A stretch of 32,000 bases of DNA from Edaphobacter aggregans (GTDB lineage: Bacteria > Acidobacteriota > Terriglobia > Terriglobales > Acidobacteriaceae). Below, piece by piece: positions 23,717-32,000 of the stretch (positions within the stretch are counted from its first letter, which is position 1; every line of letters begins with the position of its first letter). The position numbers and the translations under genes were made by a program. Below the pieces are notes generated by a model that was given only the letters and a program-made list of their open reading frames with translations, had not been told where the DNA came from and made no database searches. The stretch is taken from contig NZ_RSDW01000001.1 of the NCBI RefSeq assembly GCF_003945235.1, positions 2,070,001-2,102,000 of the forward strand, written 5' to 3'.

Positions 23717-26383
23717 ATGCCCTTAGCAACCAAGACGCGGTTGGGGCCGTACGAGATCCTTGCGCGGCTGGGCGCCGGGGGAATGGGCGAAGTCTATATT
23801 GCCCGCGACACTCGTCTTGACCGTAACGTTGCCATCAAGATATGCAAAGGCCGCTTTACAGAACGCTTCGAACGAGAAGCGCGGGCCATCTCCAGCCTGA
23901 ATCATCAGCACATCTGCGCACTCTACGATATCGGCCGCGAGGAGTCGGTGGAGTACCTAGTGATGGAGTATCTGGAGGGAGAGACACTCGAGACCCGGCT
24001 TCACAAAGGGGCTTTGCCGATCGATGAAGCGCTCCGGATTGCGATTCAGATTGCCAGTGCCCTCGATGCCGCGCACCACAAGGGAGTGATCCACCGGGAC
24101 CTGAAGCCAGGCAACGTGATGTTGACGCGTAGCGGGGCTAAGCTGCTCGATTTCGGATTGGCTAAAGTGGCGGAGCCGGTGGTGCTCTCGGGAACGAACG
24201 TCTCGAGTCCCACGGTCTCGAAGCCCCTTACGGTCGAAGGAACGATCGTCGGCACCTTTCAATACATGTCTCCTGAGCAACTGGAAGGCAAGGAGACGGA
24301 TGCGCGGTCCGATATCTTCTCGTTTGGGGCGATGCTCTACGAGATGGTCACTGGCCGCAAGAGTTTTGAAGGTTCGAGCCACGCGAGCCTGATTGCTTCG
24401 ATTATGTCGGACGATCCGCCGCCGGTTTCGTCGATGCAGCCGATGGCCTCGCCTGCGCTGGATCGTATCGTTCGGAGATGCCTTGCCAAGTCGCCGGACG
24501 ATCGATGGCAGAGTGCCGGCGATCTGCAGAGTGAGCTGGAATGGATAGCGGAGGCTGGTTCAAAGGCGGGCATTCCGGCGCCAGTTTTGGCCAAACGTCG
24601 CAATCGCGAAACTCTGGCGTGGCTGGTGTCAGGCCTTGCGGGGTTGCTGCTGCTTGGGTCGCTGGCGATGCTGGCACGCATATGGAAGAAGCCGGCCGAG
24701 GCCTCGGAGGTCCGTTTTGAGATACCCGCACCGGATAAATTGAGCTTCCGCTTTTACGATCTTCCCGCAGTCTCGCCGGACGGCGAACGCATCGCTTTTA
24801 CCGCCGCGGCCACCTCGACCGACGCCGAAAGGCTTTTCGTTCGTTCCCTGAATGCAGCAAACGCGACGGAGATCCCGACACCCGGATCTAACGTCATTAG
24901 TCCCTTCTGGTCACCGGATGGACGGCAGATCGCATTCTTCTCACGCGGCAGCCTGCAGAAGGTGGATCTTTCGGGAGGGTTACCGGTCACCATCTGCACG
25001 TTCGACAATCCGTCTGGCTTCTTAGGGGGAACATGGAATCGCGATGGGGTGATCCTTATTACACATGCGCACGTCCTGTACCGTGTGGATGCGGCCAATG
25101 GCGCGCCGAAGTCGCTGCGGCCGTTGGCGGAGGACGAAACTGGCCAGACGTGGCCACGGTTTCTACCGGATGGAAAGCATTTTATTTATCTCTCTACGAG
25201 CAATAAGCCCGATCAGCAAGGTATCTACGCGGCTTCGCTGGACTCGAGCGAGCGCAAGCTCATCGTTGCCACGGATGCTAATGCCGCCTATGTAGAACCA
25301 GGTCAACTGCTGTTCATGAGAGGGGATGTGCTGATGGCGCAGCCGTTCGACCTCCGAAATCTGAAGTTGCAGGGCGAACCGCGTCGAGTCGCAGACCACA
25401 TCGAACGGATAGACGCAGCGATCCAATTCCCGGGCGCAATCTTCTCCGCGTCCCCCAATGGTGTGCTGGCGTGGCGTCACGGCAGTAGTTCTCCCGAATC
25501 TGTACTGCAATGGGTCGATCGCAGCGGCAAGAGACTCGGCGTTATGGGCGAGCAAGCGGATTACTCGAATCCGGCTCTTTCCCCCGACGACAGGAGACTT
25601 GCCATCGGCATCCGCGATCCGCAAACAAAGACGCGCGACATCTGGATCTTTGACCAGCTACGCGGCACGAAGACACGGCTGACCTTCGACCCTGCAGACG
25701 ATCTGGATTCGATCTGGTCGCCAGACGGAACCCGAATTGCGTTCACTTCGAATCGTCTGGGGCAAAGAGACATCTATCAGACGCCGGCGGACGGGTCGGG
25801 CACGGCGGAGCTATTGTTGGCGGACAAGATCGGACAAAAAAACGTCGAAGACTGGTCACGGGATGGCAAATATCTTGTGTACAACTACCAGATTCTTTCT
25901 AATCCTGCCCATCTCTATGTGCTGCCTCTCGTCGGAGACCGCAAGCCCGTGCTGTTCCAGAATATGCAATACCGCACCCAACAAGGTCAGATCTCGCCTA
26001 ATGGCCGATGGATCGCGTATCGCTCTTTTGAATCCGGCAAATCGGAGATCTATGTACAGGGCTTCACGATGGACTCGTCGCAGCCCCGCGGCAAATGGCA
26101 GATATCCACGACAGGAGGGGAGATACCGAGATGGCGCGGGGACGGCAAGGAGCTGTTCTACCACTACGGCATCACGTTCTACGCTGTGGATGTAAAGACC
26201 GACGGCGAGTCCTTCGAGGTCGGTATCCCGAGACCCCTGTTCGACGCTGCTACTGTTACCTCCGGTAGTCTCGGCGGCAGCGCTCCATTTGTGGTCACGA
26301 AAGACGGCCAGCGGTTCCTGATACTCGCACAGTCTGAGAAGAAGGCCGATGAGCCGCTGGAGGTTGTTGTGAACTGGCGATAG
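23717..26383 (+). CDS. Ser/Thr protein kinase with transmembrane helix and extracytoplasmic PD40/TolB-like beta-propeller
   Basis: Hanks kinase motifs are present: LGAGGMGEVY, VAIK, HRDLKPGN, DFGLA, SPEQ. A TM helix (LAWLVSGLAGLLLLGSLAMLARIW) follows, then repeated xSPDGxxIAF/Y units: VSPDGERIAFTA, WSPDGRQIAFFS, FLPDGKHFIYLS, LSPDDRRLAIGI, WSPDGTRIAFTS, WSRDGKYLVYNY, ISPNGRWIAYRS. I prefer ATG 23717 (MPLATKTRLGPYEIL). Confidence 0.9.
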   Translation: MPLATKTRLGPYEILARLGAGGMGEVYIARDTRLDRNVAIKICKGRFTERFEREARAISSLNHQHICALYDIGREESVEYLVMEYLEGETLETRLHKGALPIDEALRIAIQIASALDAAHHKGVIHRDLKPGNVMLTRSGAKLLDFGLAKVAEPVVLSGTNVSSPTVSKPLTVEGTIVGTFQYMSPEQLEGKETDARSDIFSFGAMLYEMVTGRKSFEGSSHASLIASIMSDDPPPVSSMQPMASPALDRIVRRCLAKSPDDRWQSAGDLQSELEWIAEAGSKAGIPAPVLAKRRNRETLAWLVSGLAGLLLLGSLAMLARIWKKPAEASEVRFEIPAPDKLSFRFYDLPAVSPDGERIAFTAAATSTDAERLFVRSLNAANATEIPTPGSNVISPFWSPDGRQIAFFSRGSLQKVDLSGGLPVTICTFDNPSGFLGGTWNRDGVILITHAHVLYRVDAANGAPKSLRPLAEDETGQTWPRFLPDGKHFIYLSTSNKPDQQGIYAASLDSSERKLIVATDANAAYVEPGQLLFMRGDVLMAQPFDLRNLKLQGEPRRVADHIERIDAAIQFPGAIFSASPNGVLAWRHGSSSPESVLQWVDRSGKRLGVMGEQADYSNPALSPDDRRLAIGIRDPQTKTRDIWIFDQLRGTKTRLTFDPADDLDSIWSPDGTRIAFTSNRLGQRDIYQTPADGSGTAELLLADKIGQKNVEDWSRDGKYLVYNYQILSNPAHLYVLPLVGDRKPVLFQNMQYRTQQGQISPNGRWIAYRSFESGKSEIYVQGFTMDSSQPRGKWQISTTGGEIPRWRGDGKELFYHYGITFYAVDVKTDGESFEVGIPRPLFDAATVTSGSLGGSAPFVVTKDGQRFLILAQSEKKADEPLEVVVNWR

Positions 26384-26400
26384 TTAGGGTGGTGACCGGA

Positions 26401-27789
26401 TTAGTTGGGTGGGACGGCTGAGAAGAGGCTGACGAGGCCTTCGGCGAGGGTGGGGTGGCTGATGATGAGGTTGCGGATGGCTGTGTAGGGTAAGTTGTTG
26501 GCCATGGCTAGCTGTACGGCTGGGAGGAGTTCTCCGGCACCGGTGCCGAAGGCGGTGAAGCCCAGGATGCGGTCGTCGGGGGCGATGAGGGCTTTGAGGA
26601 AGCCTCGGGTCTCGGAGAGGGTACGGGTGCGCAGAACTGCGAGCATGGGAAGCCTGGTGAGACGGTAGGCTATTCCCTGCTGCCTGGCTTCGGTTTCGCT
26701 GAGGCCTACGTGGGCTAATTCAGGATCAGTGAAGGTACAGGAAGGGACCTGACGGTTCGTGGTGGAGCGGTTTGCTCCGGCGAGGTTGTCGCGGACGGTG
26801 CGGAAGTCGTCGAAGGAGATGTGGGTGAAGTGAGGGCTGCCGGCGCAGTCACCCATGGCCCAGATGCCGGGGGCGGTGGTCTCGAGGCGGTCGTTGACCT
26901 GAATGTGGCCGCTTGGGGTGGTTTGAACGCCTGCTAGTTCGAGGCCCATGTTCTGGGTGTTGGGAGTGCGACCAGTGGCTACCAGGAGGTGCGTGCCCTC
27001 AAGAATGGATGATCCGGTGGGCAGCGTGAGGTGAAGCTTTACGTTTGCTCCGGAGATGCCTTCGATGCTGCTGATGGTGGCGCTGGTGATGATGTCGATG
27101 CCTTCGTCATGGAAGAGCTGTTGGATAGCTTCAGAGACGTCTGGGTCTTCGCGGTGGGCGAGAGTCGGGTTGCGTTCGATGACGGTGACGCGGGAGCCGA
27201 AGCGGCGTATGGCCTGGGCGAGTTCGAGGCCAACGTAGCCTCCGCCGAGGACGAGGAGATGGTCGGGAAGGATGTCGAGCTCGAGGGCTTCGATGTGGGT
27301 GAGGGGGCGGGATTCGCGGAGGCCGGGAATGGGGTCGAGGGTGGCGCGGGAGCCGGTGTCGATGAAGATCTTGTCAGCAGTGAGGGCGCGGGTGCCTCCG
27401 GCGTTGAGATCGACCTGTACTGTTTTGGGACCGGTGAGGCTGCCGAAGCCCATGACGAACTCGGCTCCGTTTTTCTTGAAGTTGTTTTGGTGTACCTCGT
27501 GAAGACCGTCGACCATTTTGCGCTTGCGGGCGCGGACGGCGTCCATATCAACGCGCCAGTCGCCATGGACGATGCCGAACTCCGAACCGCGCTGAAAGTA
27601 GGACGCTACTTTGGCGCTGTGGACGATGTTCTTGCTGGGGAGGCAGGCGACGTTGGGACAGGCTCCGCCCATGGCGTCCTTTTCGATGGCGATGACGCGG
27701 CTGCCCTGCGAGGCCAGGTGCCACGCGATAAATTTGCCGGCTTCACCGCTGCCGATGACGATTGCGTCATACTGCTCTGGTGTGGACAT
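26401..27789 (-). CDS. class-I pyridine nucleotide-disulfide oxidoreductase (Lpd/MerA-like flavoprotein)
   Basis: YDAIVIGSGEAGK (FAD), redox-active GGACPNVACLPSK, a second Rossmann fold LLVLGGGYVGLE, and C-terminal HPTLAEG (His-Glu dyad). There is no C-terminal Cys pair, so it is not a bona fide MerA. Confidence 0.9.
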   Translation of the reverse strand: MSTPEQYDAIVIGSGEAGKFIAWHLASQGSRVIAIEKDAMGGACPNVACLPSKNIVHSAKVASYFQRGSEFGIVHGDWRVDMDAVRARKRKMVDGLHEVHQNNFKKNGAEFVMGFGSLTGPKTVQVDLNAGGTRALTADKIFIDTGSRATLDPIPGLRESRPLTHIEALELDILPDHLLVLGGGYVGLELAQAIRRFGSRVTVIERNPTLAHREDPDVSEAIQQLFHDEGIDIITSATISSIEGISGANVKLHLTLPTGSSILEGTHLLVATGRTPNTQNMGLELAGVQTTPSGHIQVNDRLETTAPGIWAMGDCAGSPHFTHISFDDFRTVRDNLAGANRSTTNRQVPSCTFTDPELAHVGLSETEARQQGIAYRLTRLPMLAVLRTRTLSETRGFLKALIAPDDRILGFTAFGTGAGELLPAVQLAMANNLPYTAIRNLIISHPTLAEGLVSLFSAVPPN

Positions 27790-27990
27790 AGAAAAGATCT
27801 CCGTAAGGTTAAGTTGGTTTTGGGCTCCGGCGAGTTCACCAAGGAGACTCTTCCGTGTTCCGTACGCGATAGAATCTCATGCCCGAATGTGAACATATAT
27901 CAAGAGGGCATAAAAGGGCTCGCCAACCAAGCAAGCTGTAATAGCTCTGTTCTAAAGGAGATCGGGCTGCGGTGCTAAGATTAAAGATTC

Positions 27991-29655
27991 ATGGCACAAG
28001 ATAAATTGAAGATGATTCCGCTGGGTGGCCTTGGCGAGTTCGGTATGAACTGCATGGCTCTCCGCTGGCAGGATGACATTATCGTCATCGACGCTGGTTT
28101 GATGTTTCCTGAAGAAGAGCTGCTGGGTGTGGATATTGTCGTTCCGGATATCAGTTATCTGACCGAGAACCGCGACAAGGTAAAAGCGATTCTGCTGACG
28201 CATGGACATGAGGACCACATTGGTGGGTTGCCGTGGATTCTGAGTGAGCTGAATGTTCCTGTGTATGGCACGGAGTTCACCCTGGCCCTGGTCGAGGGCA
28301 AGCTGGAAGAACATCGCCTGCTGGATGATGCGGACCTGAACGAGATGATTCCGGGACGCCGGATTACGCTGGGGCCGTTCTCGGTGATGCCGATTCGAGT
28401 GACACATTCGTTGGTGGATTGCGTTGCGCTGGCGATTCATACGCCGGTGGGCGTGGTGCTGCATACGGGCGACTTCAAGGTGGACCTGTCGCCTCCGGAT
28501 GGGAAGCCGTTCGATCTTCATGCGTTTGCGGAGTTGGGCAAGCAAGGCGTGCTGGCTCTGTTGCAGGACTCGACCAATGTTGACCGTCGTGGGTATACGC
28601 CGAGCGAGAAGGCTGTAAGGCCTCGGTTGGATGAGATCTTTGGACAGGCGAAGAAGAAGCTGTTCTTTAGCTGCTTCTCGTCGTCGATCCATCGGATTCG
28701 GCTGGCTATGGAACTGGCGCATAACCATGGGCGCAAGGTTGCGATTATTGGACGGTCGCTGGATAACACGACCGAGATCGCGCAGGATTTGGGTTATCTC
28801 GATTTGCCGCAGGGGTTGGTTATCAATCCGGGGCAGATTAAGGACACGCCGGCAAACAAGCTTTGCATCATGATTAGTGGCACGCAGGGTGAGCCGATGA
28901 GTGCGCTGAGCCGTGCGGCGGTGAACAATCATAAGTTCGCGCATATTGATGCCGGGGATACGGTGTTGATGAGCTCGCGGGTGATTCCGGGGAATGAGAA
29001 GTCGATCTATCGCGTGATCGATCACCTAGAGCGGCGTGATGCCAATGTGATTTATGACGACGGCGCTTCTGGGTTGATTCATGTGAGCGGGCACGGCAGC
29101 CAGGAAGAGCTGCGGCTGATGATTAATCTTGTGCGGCCGAAGTTCTTTATCCCAGTGCACGGGGATTATCGCCACCTAAAGCGGCATGTGGAGTTGGCTG
29201 GGTCGATGGGTGTGGTGGAGAAGGCGATTCTGCTGGAGGACGGCGACGTTCTAGAGCTGGATAAGAACTCGGCTACGAAGAATGGCAAGGTGACGGTGGG
29301 TCGGGTCTGCATCGATTCGGGTGGAGCGGCGGCGGATGTCGTTGAGGACCTGGTGATTCGCGACCGCAAGCATCTGAGCGAGGACGGGATTGTGCTGCCG
29401 ATTATTGCGATCAATAAGCGGACGGGTAAGCCGGAGAATGCTCCTGAGATCGTGATGCGCGGGATGGCGATCGATGATCCGGAGATGATTGCGGAGGCGC
29501 GGCAGGTGGTGCAGCGGACGCTGGATGGATCGTCGGGCGAGGAGAAGGCCGACTATGGAGTCATCAAGGAGAAGATCCGGACTGACCTGAAGCGGTATAT
29601 CCAGAAGAGTACGAGCCGACGGCCTTTGATCATGCCAGTGATTCTGGAGATCTGA
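27991..29655 (+). CDS. rnj: ribonuclease J
   Basis: IPLGGLGEFGMNCM, the metallo-beta-lactamase motif LLTHGHEDHIGGLP, a beta-CASP region, and HVSGHGSQEEL. The length is typical of RNase J. Confidence 0.95.
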   Translation: MAQDKLKMIPLGGLGEFGMNCMALRWQDDIIVIDAGLMFPEEELLGVDIVVPDISYLTENRDKVKAILLTHGHEDHIGGLPWILSELNVPVYGTEFTLALVEGKLEEHRLLDDADLNEMIPGRRITLGPFSVMPIRVTHSLVDCVALAIHTPVGVVLHTGDFKVDLSPPDGKPFDLHAFAELGKQGVLALLQDSTNVDRRGYTPSEKAVRPRLDEIFGQAKKKLFFSCFSSSIHRIRLAMELAHNHGRKVAIIGRSLDNTTEIAQDLGYLDLPQGLVINPGQIKDTPANKLCIMISGTQGEPMSALSRAAVNNHKFAHIDAGDTVLMSSRVIPGNEKSIYRVIDHLERRDANVIYDDGASGLIHVSGHGSQEELRLMINLVRPKFFIPVHGDYRHLKRHVELAGSMGVVEKAILLEDGDVLELDKNSATKNGKVTVGRVCIDSGGAAADVVEDLVIRDRKHLSEDGIVLPIIAINKRTGKPENAPEIVMRGMAIDDPEMIAEARQVVQRTLDGSSGEEKADYGVIKEKIRTDLKRYIQKSTSRRPLIMPVILEI

Positions 29656-29675
29656 TGCTTGCTTATTTTTTGACG

Positions 29676-29706
29676 AAGGCGCCCCTTGCGTGGGGCGCTT
29701 TTTTAT
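29676..29706 (+). terminator. rho-independent terminator after rnj
   Basis: AAGGCGCCCC (29676-29685), loop TTGCGT, then GGGGCGCTT, followed by a T-run (TTTTTT through 29704). Confidence 0.75.
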
Positions 29707-29914
29707 CGATACTTCGGCTGTTCTTTCTGTCAGGAGGGTTCGCGAACGACGCTAGCAGGTACCGGCGCAGATACCGGGTTGGGGCTGGCCGGATACAACG
29801 GTGGGCGTAAGATTTACGTCAAATGGGGGGATTTCCACGAAACGACAGATACACCTGGGCCACCGAGAAAGCGATTCGGGAATAGCTGTGTGAGTTTGCA
29901 AACAAGGTGAAGCT

Positions 29915-32000
29915 ATGTGGAGTTTTTCATTTTGCCGCCGTGCTTTTCTGGCTCTGGTTGGTTCAATTGGAATTCTGGGATCGACCGCATTTTCGCAAGA
30001 GCTGAAGACGAGGCCACCGGCGGATCCGCAACAGGCAGAGCCGAAGCCGCGACAAAAGATTGGGCTGGTATTCGAAGGCGGTGGGGCGCTGGGGCTTGCG
30101 CACATCGGCGTGATTCGGTGGATGGAGGATCACCATATTCCCGTCGACTACGTCTCCGGAACAAGCATGGGTGGACTCGTTGGAGGACTCTATGCTGCCG
30201 GATTCACCCCCGAAGAGATGAAGGTGTTCGTTGATGGCATCGATTGGCATAGCGTCCTGAGCGGGCAGGTTCCCTTCCAGTCGCTGGGCTTCCGGCGCAA
30301 AGAAGACAAGCTGCTCTTCCCCAATCGCCTGGAGTTTGGACTGAAGGGTGGCAGGTTTAACCTGCCGAATGGGTTGAACTCAGGCAATGCCGTGGGTTTA
30401 CTATTCGACCGCACGCTGCTTCCCTACTACGATCTGAGGAGCTTCGACGATCTGCCGATCCCCTTCCGCTGCGTAGCGACGGAGATCATCTCCGGACAGC
30501 CTCACGTCTTCAAAGATGGCTCGCTGTCGCAGGCGCTGAGGGCGACGATGGCGATTCCTGGTGTCTTCGCTCCAGTGCATCACGAGGATTTGATCTTCTC
30601 TGACGGCGCCGCTGTAGATAATCTGCCGGTGGATGTTGCGCGTCAGATGGGCGCGCAGGTGGTGATTGCATCCTACCTGGACTCAGGACCGACGGATGCC
30701 GCAACCCTGAGTTCGTTGGTAGGCGTCGCAGGAAGAAACGTCTCCATTATGACCGCGGCCAATGTTGCGAGGAGTCTGAAGGACGCCGACATTGTGATCT
30801 CTTCTGATGTCAGCAAATTCGGCGCGCTGGAATTCACGCGAAGCAACGACATCATCCCGATTGGTGTGAAGGCCGCCGAAGCCCAGTCAGCGCAACTGAT
30901 GAAGTACGCATTGAATGATGCTGATTGGGCCGCGTATATCCATGAGCGCGAGTCACGGCGCCGAACGAAGATACCAGTACCGCAGTTCGTCGATATCTAC
31001 GGAGTTGAGGGATCACGACAAAAAGATCTTGAGGTGAAGTTTGAGAAATTCGTCGGCCAGCCCATTGATGTCGACCAGCTGGAGCGCGCGATATCGGATG
31101 CGCTAGGCACAGGATTGTACTCGACGATCAACTACACCATCGTAGAAAGAGATGGAAAGCCTGGACTGCGGATAAGACCACGTGAGAAAGATCACGGGCC
31201 GCCATTCATAAACCTCGGCCTCAACATCCTGGCAGACGCCGCGAACAACGTTCAGTTCGGCGTGGGGACACGCGTGACGTTCTTTAATCTGGTGGGACCG
31301 GGATCAGAGGTGCGAGTGGACGGAGCTGTAGGTCAGCCTGCGACACTTGCAGGGGAACTCTTCAAGCCGATCAAAGCAGGAAGCCGAGCGTTCGTTGCAC
31401 CACACGCGTACCTGAACCAGCAGATCGTTCCGTACTACCAGGGCACTACCCAGTTGGATCAGTACAAGACAAAGCAAAACGGACTGGGGGCAGATGTAGG
31501 TTTTCAGTTCAATGCGAGAACCGAGTTGAGGTTAGGCCAGGACTATCAGTGGTATACCGCGGTACGAACGATCGGACAGCCGATTGGGAATGAGTTTCAC
31601 CTGAATCCGTTGGTGTCTGCGGCGAAGTTTCAATACCTGGGACAGGACGACATGATGGTCCCAACACGCGGCACGACGGTAGGGGTAATCTACAACTACT
31701 TTACGGAGAGGCCGAACGAATCGGGTGGCTTCTCGCAGATGACGGGAAGGATTCAACATTTCATTCCCATACGCGAGCGCGGAATTATATTTACAGCGGT
31801 ACAGGGCGGGACAAGCTTTGGCGCGGAAAATCTGGGGCTCGCGGGCGTCTCGCTTGGCGGACCGCTACGATTGAGCGCCTACAGCCGGAATGAGTTGCTG
31901 GGGACGGACTTCTATCTCCTCCAGGGAGGCTATCTATATCGGCTCGCACGCCTCAATCCCGTAATCGGAGACGCAATCTACGCCGGCGGCCTCTACGAGA
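29915..32000 (+). CDS. patatin-like phospholipase fused to POTRA/Omp85-type beta-barrel (PlpD-like, type Vd; 3' end beyond window)
   Basis: The frame is open from ATG 29915 to the window end and is absent from the ORF track only because it has no stop. It has a signal-like MWSFSFCRRAFLALVGSIGILGSTAFSQ. Patatin motifs are FEGGGALGLAHIG (oxyanion), GTSMGG (GxSxG) and SDGAAVDNLP (catalytic Asp). The C-terminal half is rich in alternating aromatic/Gly beta-strand patterns. Confidence 0.85.
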   Translation, partial: MWSFSFCRRAFLALVGSIGILGSTAFSQELKTRPPADPQQAEPKPRQKIGLVFEGGGALGLAHIGVIRWMEDHHIPVDYVSGTSMGGLVGGLYAAGFTPEEMKVFVDGIDWHSVLSGQVPFQSLGFRRKEDKLLFPNRLEFGLKGGRFNLPNGLNSGNAVGLLFDRTLLPYYDLRSFDDLPIPFRCVATEIISGQPHVFKDGSLSQALRATMAIPGVFAPVHHEDLIFSDGAAVDNLPVDVARQMGAQVVIASYLDSGPTDAATLSSLVGVAGRNVSIMTAANVARSLKDADIVISSDVSKFGALEFTRSNDIIPIGVKAAEAQSAQLMKYALNDADWAAYIHERESRRRTKIPVPQFVDIYGVEGSRQKDLEVKFEKFVGQPIDVDQLERAISDALGTGLYSTINYTIVERDGKPGLRIRPREKDHGPPFINLGLNILADAANNVQFGVGTRVTFFNLVGPGSEVRVDGAVGQPATLAGELFKPIKAGSRAFVAPHAYLNQQIVPYYQGTTQLDQYKTKQNGLGADVGFQFNARTELRLGQDYQWYTAVRTIGQPIGNEFHLNPLVSAAKFQYLGQDDMMVPTRGTTVGVIYNYFTERPNESGGFSQMTGRIQHFIPIRERGIIFTAVQGGTSFGAENLGLAGVSLGGPLRLSAYSRNELLGTDFYLLQGGYLYRLARLNPVIGDAIYAGGLYE

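Overview
High-GC (roughly 60% by eye) bacterial chromosomal segment. The gene content and style (Tat-signal oxidoreductases, a PD40-propeller Ser/Thr kinase, GATGACAA-type intergenic repeats) suggest Acidobacteriota (Terriglobia-like), but that placement is inference only. About 28 protein-coding genes are supportable. I found no rRNA, tRNA, CRISPR array, transposase or integrase.

The backbone is housekeeping, mainly aspartate-family amino-acid biosynthesis: thrC, then asd-lysC-dapB plus an M29 aminopeptidase, then dapA-dapD. It also carries nrdR, an IDH3-like isocitrate dehydrogenase, aroK, RNase J, a class-I flavoprotein disulfide reductase, envelope genes (SLT transglycosylase, LPG-synthase-like membrane protein, Cof-type HAD) and a 3'-truncated PlpD-like patatin/Omp85 protein.

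I cannot point to a recognisable defence or mobile system. The most unusual content is:
1. Three cofactor-dependent enzymes with clear twin-arginine signals: two paralogous aldo/keto reductases flanking an NmrA-like gene, and a HisC-like PLP aminotransferase.
2. A roughly 2.4 kb module splitting the dap genes. It holds a frame-broken small Cys/His-rich gene, an AT-rich 540 bp spacer with a 28-codon ORF behind a near-perfect Shine-Dalgarno, and the Tat aminotransferase.
3. A low-GC double zinc-ribbon orphan wedged 25 nt downstream of thrC.
4. A 464-aa orphan with a His...Asn-Cys arrangement like permuted papain-fold enzymes.
5. Structured intergenic repeats, including a 19-nt identical motif next to both thrC and asd.

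All family calls rest on motifs read by eye. No database search was run.
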